The notes under the pieces: model-generated
Database searches by the model: none
The model's input: the letters and a program-made list of their open reading frames with translations, nothing else
Told to the model about the DNA's origin: nothing
In this document: positions 8,986-17,547 of the stretch, piece after piece
Numbering within the stretch: position 1 is the stretch's first letter
Layout of the letters: each line of letters opens with the position of its first letter
Program-made: the position numbers and the translations under genes
Source of the DNA: Alkalispirochaeta sp.
GTDB taxonomy: Bacteria > Spirochaetota > Spirochaetia > DSM-27196 > Alkalispirochaetaceae
NCBI GenBank assembly: GCA_965601925.1
Contig: OZ271854.1
Span: forward strand, 3,008,001 to 3,072,000
DNA: 64,000 nt
Reading direction: 5' to 3'

Positions 8986-10260
8986 ATGCGCAAGTCAATC
9001 GCTTGGTTTTTTGTACTGATGGTTTCCGCTGCAATGCTGTTCGCCGCCGGCGAACAGGAGGGCGGGGTGGCGGACGAGGTGACCACTCTCCGCGTGTGGG
9101 GGTGGTTGTTCAGCCAGGGAGAGGGCCCCGTGCTGCGCGACCTGATCGCGGAGTTCGACGAGTCTCGGGAAGACATCGTCGTAGAGATCATGGAGATACC
9201 GTGGAACCAGGCCCGCGACCAAATCCTCGTAATGAGTCAGGCCGGAGACCTGCCCGATCTCATCGGCGTGAACCGTAACTGGTTGTTGGAGTTCATCTCG
9301 CTGGGATTGATCGCAGACCTGACGCCCTACGTAGAGCGGGTGCCGGGGCTGCGAACTCAGTTTTTTGAGGCCGTGCGTGGTGAGTACGACGGGCGCGTGT
9401 GGGTCATGCCGTACAGCGGCGGAAACTCGGCTCTGGTGTACAACAAGACGCTTTTTGACGAGCTCGGGTTGGAACCTCCGACGACGATGGACGAGTTCGT
9501 GGAGATCGGACGGCAGATCGCCGATCCGGCTTCAAACCGATTCGCAACGCAGTTCGGTATATCGGAAGCGAATACTACCGGCGCCAACGTCTGCAACATC
9601 GGTCCGATCCTATACAGTTTCGGAGGCGCGTACATCGAGAACCGGCGAGCCGCGTTCAACGGCCCGGCGGGTGTCGCCGCGCTGGAATGGATGATCGAGC
9701 TGGAGCGAAGCGGCATTGCCGCTCCCGGTTCGACGACCGTTGATGCGCGTGGTATGCGCGAGATGATGGCCGGAAATATCGCCGCCATGACCTTCGACGG
9801 TGCATGGGGCACGCCGTTTTACACCAACTACCCCGAGATCGAGATCGGTGTCGCGCCGATGCCGCGCGGCGCCAATGTCGGGACGGTAGTCAATATTGCG
9901 AACTGGGGCATCGCGGAACAGTCGGAGAACAAGGAAGAGGCGTGGGATCTCCTATCCTTCCTGATGGAACCGGAGAATATGCTGCGCCTCTTCCGGGAGG
10001 CCGAAGCCATGCCGATCATCTCGGAGTACGCACAGCTGCCGGAGTTCGCCGAGAAGGCCGGGTTCCTGGATACCCTCGCGGCGTCCGACAACTACTTCCA
10101 GACCGGGTCGGTCCCACGGGAAAGCGAACTCTATCGCCTCGTCGTGCGGGCGTATCAGGAGGCGTTTCTCGGCGTAAAGACGCCGCAGGAAGCGCTCGAC
10201 GATGCGGCTGCTGAGTATGACGCGATCCTCGCCGAGTTTTTCTCGCAGACTCGGTCGTAG
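8986..10260 (+). CDS. Carbohydrate ABC transporter substrate-binding protein
   Basis: Signal peptide ending LFAAGEQE, LPDL, LVYNKTLF, PPTTMDE, TPQEALD. AGGAGG SD. Confidence 0.9.
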   Translation: MRKSIAWFFVLMVSAAMLFAAGEQEGGVADEVTTLRVWGWLFSQGEGPVLRDLIAEFDESREDIVVEIMEIPWNQARDQILVMSQAGDLPDLIGVNRNWLLEFISLGLIADLTPYVERVPGLRTQFFEAVRGEYDGRVWVMPYSGGNSALVYNKTLFDELGLEPPTTMDEFVEIGRQIADPASNRFATQFGISEANTTGANVCNIGPILYSFGGAYIENRRAAFNGPAGVAALEWMIELERSGIAAPGSTTVDARGMREMMAGNIAAMTFDGAWGTPFYTNYPEIEIGVAPMPRGANVGTVVNIANWGIAEQSENKEEAWDLLSFLMEPENMLRLFREAEAMPIISEYAQLPEFAEKAGFLDTLAASDNYFQTGSVPRESELYRLVVRAYQEAFLGVKTPQEALDDAAAEYDAILAEFFSQTRS

Positions 10261-10345
10261 AGTCGGAATGGTCCGTCGGTCGAACACGCGCCCGTGCGGC
10301 GTCGATCGGCGGAGCGTCGTCGAATAGGCCGAACAGGGGCGTAGC

Positions 10346-11236
10346 GTGCGAACATCAGATGCAAAACACCCGGAGCGCGGATTCATCGTCCCGATGTTGG
10401 TCTTTCTTCTCATGACGACCTTCGTGCCGATCGTGTACGTGGTCGGACTGAGTCTCTTTGACCACTACCTTCCCGCGAATCGCATGACCTTTGCCGGTCT
10501 CGGGAACTATGCACGCTCTCTCCACGACGCGGATTTCTGGCGATCGGTCGGAAACAGTGCGGTCTACGTCGCGGCGTCGACCGTGTTCCATCTGGTCGTC
10601 GCAATCGTGTTGGCGCTCCTCCTGGACCGAACACGCAAGGGGTTCGCACGGACGGCGGCCGGGGTGCGCAACCTCCTCATTGTGCCATGGCTTCTTTCGT
10701 GGGCCGTTGCGGCCGCGTTGTGGCGCCTGATTTTGAGTCCCTCAGGTGTGTTAAACGCGTACCTGATGCGGATCGGCTTGATTGAACGTCGCATTCCGTG
10801 GTTCGGTACGCCCGGCGCGGCCATGGCCTGGATTGTCGCCATCACGGTGTGGAAGGCCTTTCCCTTCTTCATGATGCTGGTCTACGCTGCCGTGACCACC
10901 GTTCCGAACGAGTTGTACGAGTCGGCGGAGATCGACGGTGCCGGCCGCCTGCGACGTTTCGTGCATATCACCCTGCCGGGGATCTACCCGACCGTATTGA
11001 CCCTCGTTGTGCTCGACGTGATCTGGTCGCTGCGGCAGTACGACATCATCTTTCTGACGACGGCGGGCGGACCGTTGGATACGACCCGCACATTGACCCT
11101 CCACGTCTACTTCAGCGCGTACGAGCAGCTTCGATTCGGTCTTGCGGCGGCTCAAGGCGTGTTTATTCTGGCGGCGGCGAGTCTGCTCTCGTTCATATAC
11201 ATCGTGTTGTACGAGCGGTTGGAGGAGGAGCGATGA
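10346..11236 (+). CDS. Carbohydrate ABC transporter permease
   Basis: Six hydrophobic segments, EAA motif ELYESAEIDGA, TAGGP. Confidence 0.9.
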   Translation: MRTSDAKHPERGFIVPMLVFLLMTTFVPIVYVVGLSLFDHYLPANRMTFAGLGNYARSLHDADFWRSVGNSAVYVAASTVFHLVVAIVLALLLDRTRKGFARTAAGVRNLLIVPWLLSWAVAAALWRLILSPSGVLNAYLMRIGLIERRIPWFGTPGAAMAWIVAITVWKAFPFFMMLVYAAVTTVPNELYESAEIDGAGRLRRFVHITLPGIYPTVLTLVVLDVIWSLRQYDIIFLTTAGGPLDTTRTLTLHVYFSAYEQLRFGLAAAQGVFILAAASLLSFIYIVLYERLEEER

Positions 11237-12075
11237 GGCGGACGACGAAATACTCCCCCGGTGGTGAGGTGCTCTGGTTCGTCTCCGTAGGCCTTACCCT
11301 GATCGTCGTGTTTCTACCGATCTACTGGATGATCGTCGGTTCGCTCCGTCCGAACACCGAACTGTTCCGGTTTCCGCCGCCGCTCTGGCCACAGGACTTC
11401 ACGTTCGAGGCGTATGGCTCCATACTCGCGGACTTCGGGTTCGTTCGATCGCTGACGAACACGGTGCTGGTTGCCGGTCTGACGACCGCGTCGGCCCTCG
11501 CGATCGCAACCTCCGGTGCGTACGGGATGTCGCGCTACCGGTTTCGCGGGCGAAAAGCCCTGCAGTACTATATCCTGGCGACGCAGATGCTGCCGGTCGT
11601 CCTACTGACCCTACCGTTCTTCGTCGCATACTCGGGTCTGGGGCTCTACAACACGCGTATCGGCCTAGTCATTGCCTACGTCTCCTTTACCGTGCCGTTC
11701 TGCGCATTGACGATGCTCGGATTCATCAACGGTATTCCCCGGAGCATGGACGAAGCGGCGTGGATCGACGGCGCCGGCCCGTTCCGCACCTTTGTCGTGG
11801 TCATCGTCCCCCTTAGCAAAGCGGGGATCGTCGGAACCGGTGTGTTTGCGTTCGTCAACGCCTGGAACGAGTACCTCATGGCGGTCGTGCTCACCTCCTC
11901 CGACCGTGCCCGGATGTTGGTCGTCTGGATCGGAAACAAGATAGGGCAGTACGACATCCAATGGAACGAGTTGCTCGCCGCGACCGTCGTTGCCTCGATA
12001 CCGCTCATCGTCCTGTACGGAATCGTGCAAAAATCCTTCGTTCGGGGCGTCACTGCAGGGGCCGTGAAAATGTAG
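11233..12075 (+). CDS. Carbohydrate ABC transporter permease
   Basis: IPRSMDEAAWIDGA, AWNEY, GVTAGAVK. ATGA overlap with the previous permease. Confidence 0.9.
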   Translation: MRRTTKYSPGGEVLWFVSVGLTLIVVFLPIYWMIVGSLRPNTELFRFPPPLWPQDFTFEAYGSILADFGFVRSLTNTVLVAGLTTASALAIATSGAYGMSRYRFRGRKALQYYILATQMLPVVLLTLPFFVAYSGLGLYNTRIGLVIAYVSFTVPFCALTMLGFINGIPRSMDEAAWIDGAGPFRTFVVVIVPLSKAGIVGTGVFAFVNAWNEYLMAVVLTSSDRARMLVVWIGNKIGQYDIQWNELLAATVVASIPLIVLYGIVQKSFVRGVTAGAVKM

Positions 12076-12133
12076 GAGACGGGTCCGACGCACGCCTACG
12101 GGAGTAGAACCGAAAACGGGGAAAGGGATAGAT

Positions 12134-13585
12134 ATGGCGCAACCGAACATCGTCCTGCTGCTGGCCGACGACATGGGCTACGGCGACATCAGTCACTACG
12201 GAACGTCTCGATTCGCCACACCGAACATGGACTATGTGGCGCGTCGCGGCATGACGTTCACCGATATGCACTCGACCTCCGCGGTGTGTACGCCGAGTCG
12301 CTATGGTCTTCTCACGGGACGCTACTGTTGGCGTACATGGCTGCAGAGTTTCGTCCTCGGAGGGTTCGGTGCCCCACTGATCGAACCCCAGCGACCGACG
12401 TTGGCGTCGGTGCTCAAAGGCGTGGGGTATCGCACCGCGGCGGTCGGCAAGTGGCACTTGGGTCTCGAATGGTACACCCGGGGCGGCGCGCCGCTACGGG
12501 AGAGTGACCGCGACGGCTGGAATACCGATGGGTTCGATGTCGACTACGAGCGCGGCTTCGGCGGCGGTCCGTGCGCCCTCGGGTTCGATAGCTGGTTCGG
12601 TATCTCCGGATCGCTCGATATGCCGCCGTACTGCTACCTTCGGGACGATCGCGTGCCGACCATACCGGAGGAAGAGAAGCGGACGTACTACGCCCAACAG
12701 CGTAGAGGGTTGGCTGCGGATGGGTTCGACGACTATCGCGTCGACCTGGACTTCGCCGATCGCGCCGAGGCGATCATCGATCGGCACGCGGCGGCGCACT
12801 CGGACGAGCCGCTTTTCCTGTACTTCGCCACGCCGGCGCCCCATCGCCCGTGCCTCCCTCCTGCCTGGCTCAAGGGGCGTTCCGGCGCCGGGCACCGGGG
12901 GGACATGGTGTTGATGGTCGATCACATCGTCGGGCGTCTGACCGCCGCGCTGGGACGAAACGGGATGGTTGAGGACACGATCTTCATTGTCACGAGCGAC
13001 AACGGCGGCCGCCTGACAAATTACGACGGTAGGGACTACGGACACAAAACGAACGGCGACCTCCGGGGACAGAAGGGTGACATCTACGACGGGGGCCATC
13101 GGGAACCGTTCCTGCTCATGTGGCCGCGGATAGTCGCGCCGGGATCCCGGTGTGACGAGCTACTCTCCCTGGCCGACGTTATGGCGACCTGTGCGGAGCT
13201 GGTCGGCGCTCCCATATCCGACGACGCGGCTGAGGACAGTCGGAGTTTTCTGCGGCTGCTTCAGGGGCAACCTTCCGATGAGCCCATCCACGAGGCCGTC
13301 ATCCACCACGCCCTCGACGGGATGTTTGCCGTGCGTATGGGCCCCTGGAAGGCGGTTCTTGGGATGGGGTCCGGTGGATTCAGCGAGCCCCGCCGATACA
13401 CTCCCGGCGACGGTGAGCCGGAGGGACAGTTGTTCCACATCGTCGACGACATCCGCGAAACAAACAACCTGTGGAAGAGTCGGCCGGACGTTGTAGACCG
13501 TTTGAGAGCGATATTGGATCGTTATCAACGGGACGGACGGAGCAGGCCGACGTATCCGTTGCGGAGCGACCGGCAAAGCCTTTGA
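12134..13585 (+). CDS. Arylsulfatase (formylglycine-dependent S1 sulfatase), cytoplasmic
   Basis: PNIVLLLADDMGYGD, CTPSRYGLLTGRY (CxPxR), VGKWHLG, TSDNG, KGDIYDGGHREP. Confidence 0.92.
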   Translation: MAQPNIVLLLADDMGYGDISHYGTSRFATPNMDYVARRGMTFTDMHSTSAVCTPSRYGLLTGRYCWRTWLQSFVLGGFGAPLIEPQRPTLASVLKGVGYRTAAVGKWHLGLEWYTRGGAPLRESDRDGWNTDGFDVDYERGFGGGPCALGFDSWFGISGSLDMPPYCYLRDDRVPTIPEEEKRTYYAQQRRGLAADGFDDYRVDLDFADRAEAIIDRHAAAHSDEPLFLYFATPAPHRPCLPPAWLKGRSGAGHRGDMVLMVDHIVGRLTAALGRNGMVEDTIFIVTSDNGGRLTNYDGRDYGHKTNGDLRGQKGDIYDGGHREPFLLMWPRIVAPGSRCDELLSLADVMATCAELVGAPISDDAAEDSRSFLRLLQGQPSDEPIHEAVIHHALDGMFAVRMGPWKAVLGMGSGGFSEPRRYTPGDGEPEGQLFHIVDDIRETNNLWKSRPDVVDRLRAILDRYQRDGRSRPTYPLRSDRQSL

Positions 13586-13700
13586 CATCGGTGTGGGAGT
13601 ACTCACCGCGTCGGGGCGGCAAAGACTGGCGAAAATGCCAGTTCTTGCGATACCGTTCACACCCCCGTGCGAGGATGGCATTATCGCGCTTGTCGGCATA

Positions 13701-13734
13701 TAAAGAAATGGCCACGTAAATATCTACGTGGCCA
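13701..13734 (-). terminator. Intrinsic terminator downstream of tRNA-Asp
   Basis: Perfect 10-bp stem TGGCCACGTA/TACGTGGCCA (13709-13734), followed on the minus strand by TTTCTTTA. Confidence 0.75.
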
Positions 13735-13751
13735 ATGCTTATGGTTATATG

Positions 13752-13825
13752 CGGGAGTGACGGGGATCGAACCCGCGATCTCCGGCTTGACAGGCCGGCG
13801 CGATAACCAACTTCGCTACACCCCC
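13752..13825 (-). tRNA. tRNA-Asp(GTC), CCA not encoded
   Basis: Minus strand GGGGGTGTAGCGAAGTTGGTTATCGCGCCGGCCTGTCAAGCCGGAGATCGCGGGTTCGATCCCCGTCACTCCCG folds as a cloverleaf with GTC anticodon and TTCGA T-loop. Upstream TTGACA-17-TACAAC (13872-13900). Confidence 0.96.
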
Positions 13826-14017
13826 TCATCGTTACGTCACCGATGGTGTCGTAGCGACTCGTGTGGATGGTGTTGTACCCCGTTTGGACAGGAGTGTCAA
13901 GTCGGTTTTGTCCCTTTGTGCGGGCCTCTGCGTCCCACCCACCGAAGCGTGGCCTCGCTCTTCACCGAGTTATCATTCTCCGGCGGGATCATCCCGTCGA
14001 ATCACCGCAACGTCGCC

Positions 14018-14722
14018 TTACCGCCGCCGAAATACCAACTCATCGCCCTCGCGGTGATGGATGAGGCGCAGCGCATGGTGCTCCTCGATCCATCGGATCG
14101 TCGCGGCGGTGAGAAACCACACGTGCGTCGAATCGCGGCGATACCACCATCGCAGAAACTGTTCGGCATCGGTCGCGCCGTTCGTCGATCTCTCGCGGGG
14201 ACGAAAAACGCCGGTTCGCACCATGAGCGTGCCCGACGGCCGAAGTAATCGGAGCACGCCCTTCAACTCTCGATCCGGGTCGTGTAAGTGTTCCAGTACC
14301 TCGAGGGCGACGATCGCATCGTATCGGCTTGTCCCTTCCAGACACGATCGGTCCGCGGCAAAAAAAGGGTCGAAGCTCTGCACGGACACTCCTTCCTCGG
14401 TGAGCAGTGCACTCAACATCGGCGTCGGACCCGATCCGAAATCGAGCACATCCGCTCCGGCGGGCAGATAGGGAAGAATCGACGACACCATATAGCGATG
14501 TACATACCGCCGGTAATCGGTGTTGTCCGGATCGTTATCGTGCAGGAGATACCGTGCGCGCTCCTCTGCGGGCGAGGGTAGATGAGGCGCAGCCAGCTGT
14601 ACCGCGCCGCATTGCGGGCACCGCTCGTAGCGTCGCGCGGCCTCGTCGCAAACCCAAAAAGCGGCCCCGCCGCCGCAGAGACGGCATGCACTATATGACT
14701 GCGTTGACCGAGATAGCTCCAC
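14018..14722 (-). CDS. Class I SAM-dependent methyltransferase with N-terminal Zn ribbon
   Basis: CRLC and CPQC pairs, VLDFGSGP, FDPFF, EVLEHL, WWYRRDSTHV. Confidence 0.85.
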   Translation of the reverse strand: MELSRSTQSYSACRLCGGGAAFWVCDEAARRYERCPQCGAVQLAAPHLPSPAEERARYLLHDNDPDNTDYRRYVHRYMVSSILPYLPAGADVLDFGSGPTPMLSALLTEEGVSVQSFDPFFAADRSCLEGTSRYDAIVALEVLEHLHDPDRELKGVLRLLRPSGTLMVRTGVFRPRERSTNGATDAEQFLRWWYRRDSTHVWFLTAATIRWIEEHHALRLIHHREGDELVFRRR

Positions 14723-14738
14723 TTACTATATTGTAACC

Positions 14739-15161
14739 GTGGCCCCCAAGCTGAGAAAGAGCAAACAACGCGATCGCATACTCACACTTCTCCAGTCGCA
14801 GCGCGTGCATGTGACGGCAAACTGGTTGTACGATCAGCTCCGAGTCGACTTTCCGACCCTCAGTTTGGGCAACGTGTACCGGAATCTCAACATTCTCGTT
14901 GAGCAAGGCCTTATAAACCGTCTCGGTTTCGGAAGTACTTTCGACGTATACGAGGCCAAGCGCGAGCCGCATTACCACTTCGTCTGCGACTCCTGCGGCA
15001 CGATCGAAGATGTGCATACACCCAAAGAGCTCCAGGAAGAGGTCGGGCGGTGGGTCGAGCAGCAAGAGGGGCACGTGATTTCCAGCACGACGGTGGAGTT
15101 CCACGGTATCTGCCGTCGGTGCCGTAAGAAGGAAGAGATCGCCGGCAACGACGATTTGTAG
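14739..15161 (+). CDS. Fur/PerR-family transcriptional repressor
   Basis: SKQRDRIL, HVTA, LSLGNVYRNL, HYHFVCDSCG, GICRRC. Confidence 0.92.
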   Translation: MAPKLRKSKQRDRILTLLQSQRVHVTANWLYDQLRVDFPTLSLGNVYRNLNILVEQGLINRLGFGSTFDVYEAKREPHYHFVCDSCGTIEDVHTPKELQEEVGRWVEQQEGHVISSTTVEFHGICRRCRKKEEIAGNDDL

Positions 15162-15191
15162 CCACGACACGTGCGCTCCTTGCAACGCGTT

Positions 15192-15575
15192 TCATCCGTT
15201 TGTCTTTCTGATGTGTCCTCCCGTGTAGACTCGCCCCGACCGAGCTTCCGTATAGGTGATGAATAGATTGCCGTTCAGACCGAGTGAGTCCGAGAGAGAG
15301 CGTGAGATCTCCTCAATGACCGCTGCGATCTGTCCGTCGTCTTTTCCTTCAAAGGCGATGATATCCACGAGGGGAGGGTGCGTGCTTTTCGGCTGAGCGA
15401 ATGCGGGATCGGCCCCCTCCACGTAGAATCCCGGCCGTATCTCGTCCCACGTTGCCCACACCCGGCTCGCGCGGCAGCCGTAAACGCGAGCGACATCAAC
15501 GCATACTGCGGTAAGGGCGGCTTGAATGTCACACCCGGCGTGCTGGGGGAGCCCTCTGATCCGTATGACCGGCAT
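15192..15575 (-). CDS. Tautomerase/MIF-superfamily-like protein
   Basis: Starts Met-Pro (MPVIRI) after a GGAGGAG SD. 127 aa with a twofold beta-alpha-beta-like pattern. Confidence 0.6.
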   Translation of the reverse strand: MPVIRIRGLPQHAGCDIQAALTAVCVDVARVYGCRASRVWATWDEIRPGFYVEGADPAFAQPKSTHPPLVDIIAFEGKDDGQIAAVIEEISRSLSDSLGLNGNLFITYTEARSGRVYTGGHIRKTNG

Positions 15576-15690
15576 GTTTCTCCTCCCCTCGTATTGTACC
15601 CCCTTCGTTCCGAGTGCACCGTACACTCGATATCGGCCCCGTGGAGAAATAGCTTTTCCGGCCGACGACACAGTGCTACCTTGTGTAGTA

Positions 15691-16893
15691 ATGGCAAATA
15701 CACTGGATGCTTCCGTCGGCTTCTATCGTTCCCTCGACCCCGTCTTGTCATTCGATCACGTTTTGGATAGCACGCGCTATCGACCGGTTCCCGACGACTG
15801 GTTCGTCGCAATCACCGACGTCGTTGATTCGACACGGGCGATCGAAGAGGGGCGCTACAAAGAGGTGAACGCCGCCGGAGCCGTTGCCGCGGTAGCGATC
15901 GGTAACGAACTCGGTTCTCTGGAGTTTCCGTTCAGTTTCGGCGGCGACGGTATGTTTTATCTCTTGCCCGGTTCTCTCGCAGCGCGGGTGCGCGACATAC
16001 TCGCCGACACGCGCTCGGTGGTCCGCTCCGCCTACGGTCTCGAGCTGCGTGCGGGCATCGTTCCCATGGCGGACGTTCGCGCCGCCGGCCACGAGATTCG
16101 CGTCTCGAAACTCGCCGTAACGGATCGATACGTACAGGCGGTCATCGACGGAGACGGCGTCGATTTTGCCGAGTCTCGTGTGAAACACGCAAGTCTGGGC
16201 AAGCGGTATCGCATCTCGGATGATTACGTCGTGGAGAAGGGCGCAAACTTCGAGGGGTTCACGTGTCGGTGGCAAGGCATCCCCACCGAGAAGGACGAGA
16301 TCGTATCGATTATCGTGAAACCCATGGGCGACAGCGACGAGGAGCGCCGCGAGACGGTTCGACGGGCGATGGCAGAGATCACCGGGACGTTGGGAACCGA
16401 GCAGGAGTATCGTCCCCTTACCGTCGCATCTCACGATCTGAAGAGCTACGGTGACCCAAACGGCGTCGAGGCTGCCGTTCATTCCCGCGGGCGGAGCGGA
16501 ATCGTGTGGCTCTTCAATCGATTTCGCATCTGGTTTGAGTCCAACGTGTTCAAGTTTGTCGTCTCTCACAAACTATCGGTCAAAGTCGAGGGCAAGAATA
16601 TCGGACAAGCGCGCGAGGATAACGTCATGCACTCCGACTTCAGGAAGTACGACGGCACGCTTAAGCTCGTCGCCTCGACGACCTACGCCGCACGCGAACA
16701 GCTCGAGGCGGCGCTCGGCCGTCTGGAGCGGGACGGGAAGATCGTATACGGCCTTCATCGATCGGATCGCGCGCTTTTGACCTGCCTCGTACGACGGCCG
16801 AGCGTCGGTGAGGTGCATTTTGTCGATGCGGCCGACGGAGGATACGCCCTCGCGGCGCGCGCGCTCAAGGCGAAGTTGATTCAGACGCGGTAA
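15691..16893 (+). CDS. DUF3095-family protein (nucleotidyl-cyclase-like fold)
   Basis: PDDWFVAITDVVDSTRAI..GRYKEVN, FSFGGDG, GFTCRW, DFRKYDGTL, HFVDAADGGYALAA. Confidence 0.8.
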   Translation: MANTLDASVGFYRSLDPVLSFDHVLDSTRYRPVPDDWFVAITDVVDSTRAIEEGRYKEVNAAGAVAAVAIGNELGSLEFPFSFGGDGMFYLLPGSLAARVRDILADTRSVVRSAYGLELRAGIVPMADVRAAGHEIRVSKLAVTDRYVQAVIDGDGVDFAESRVKHASLGKRYRISDDYVVEKGANFEGFTCRWQGIPTEKDEIVSIIVKPMGDSDEERRETVRRAMAEITGTLGTEQEYRPLTVASHDLKSYGDPNGVEAAVHSRGRSGIVWLFNRFRIWFESNVFKFVVSHKLSVKVEGKNIGQAREDNVMHSDFRKYDGTLKLVASTTYAAREQLEAALGRLERDGKIVYGLHRSDRALLTCLVRRPSVGEVHFVDAADGGYALAARALKAKLIQTR

Positions 16894-17000
16894 AACGCAC
16901 TCGTTCACAGTATGCGCCTTGCCCGATATATGCGGGGCCTCCGGAACGCGAACCGGGGGGAGGGTGCGCGACGATTTGCCTCTGGAGCCGTCGTCCGACG

Positions 17001-17077
17001 TTGCGTTGTGCGACACGTGCGTGTAGAATAGATACGTACCAACTACAGTAACACGTGCTTCGGAGGCGTATACGTGG
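17001..17077 (+). promoter_or_regulatory. sigma70 promoter overlaid by four AYACGTR boxes at 19-bp spacing
   Basis: TTGCGT(17001)-17-TAGAAT(17024). Boxes start at 17013, 17032, 17051 and 17070. Confidence 0.65.
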
Positions 17078-17547
17078 CTCATAAGATTACTCTCACGGTC
17101 CCGGACGGCATATACCTCAAGATCGAACGGTGGAGATCGGCTTTCAACCTCTCTCGGGTCTTTCAGGAAGCGATCGAAGAGGCGATCGAACGGAAAGAGG
17201 AGTTTCAGAAGCGACTCGCCCAGGATGTGAGCCTCGCCGATGTCGTCCGCCGGTTGCGCCGAGAGAAGCGAAACTACGAACGGAAGACGTTTCGTAAGGC
17301 GGAGGAGGAGGGGCGTAGGTGGGCCTCTCACGCCCACTACGAGGACTTGGTTGTGATCGCCGGCACTCCCGTTGAGGAGATCGCCGACAATCAAACCGTT
17401 CAGATTCACGTTGCCGATGCGGTCCGCCGGCTTTCGTCGGACCACGAGCGCACCTTTCGTTCTCGTGACGCCTTCCGCGAGACGGTCGTTACCGGCTGGC
17501 ACGCGGGCGTTCGCGCCCTTTGGTCCGCCGTGGAGGATCGGTTATGA
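17074..17547 (+). CDS. Hypothetical protein with N-terminal ribbon-helix-helix-like region, probable regulator
   Basis: KITLTVPDGIY...FNLSRVFQEAIEEAI fits the RHH pattern. GGAGG SD; ATGA coupling to the next gene. Confidence 0.6.
   Translation: MAHKITLTVPDGIYLKIERWRSAFNLSRVFQEAIEEAIERKEEFQKRLAQDVSLADVVRRLRREKRNYERKTFRKAEEEGRRWASHAHYEDLVVIAGTPVEEIADNQTVQIHVADAVRRLSSDHERTFRSRDAFRETVVTGWHAGVRALWSAVEDRL

Noticed and set aside
10272..10313. Hairpin after the SBP gene as a novel RNA
   Set aside because: Typical mRNA-stabilising stem-loop between SBP and permease genes in ABC operons.
7512..13825. tRNA-Asp-anchored integrative element
   Set aside because: I found no integrase and no duplicated tRNA 3' end (att site) by eye; island status is only suggestive.
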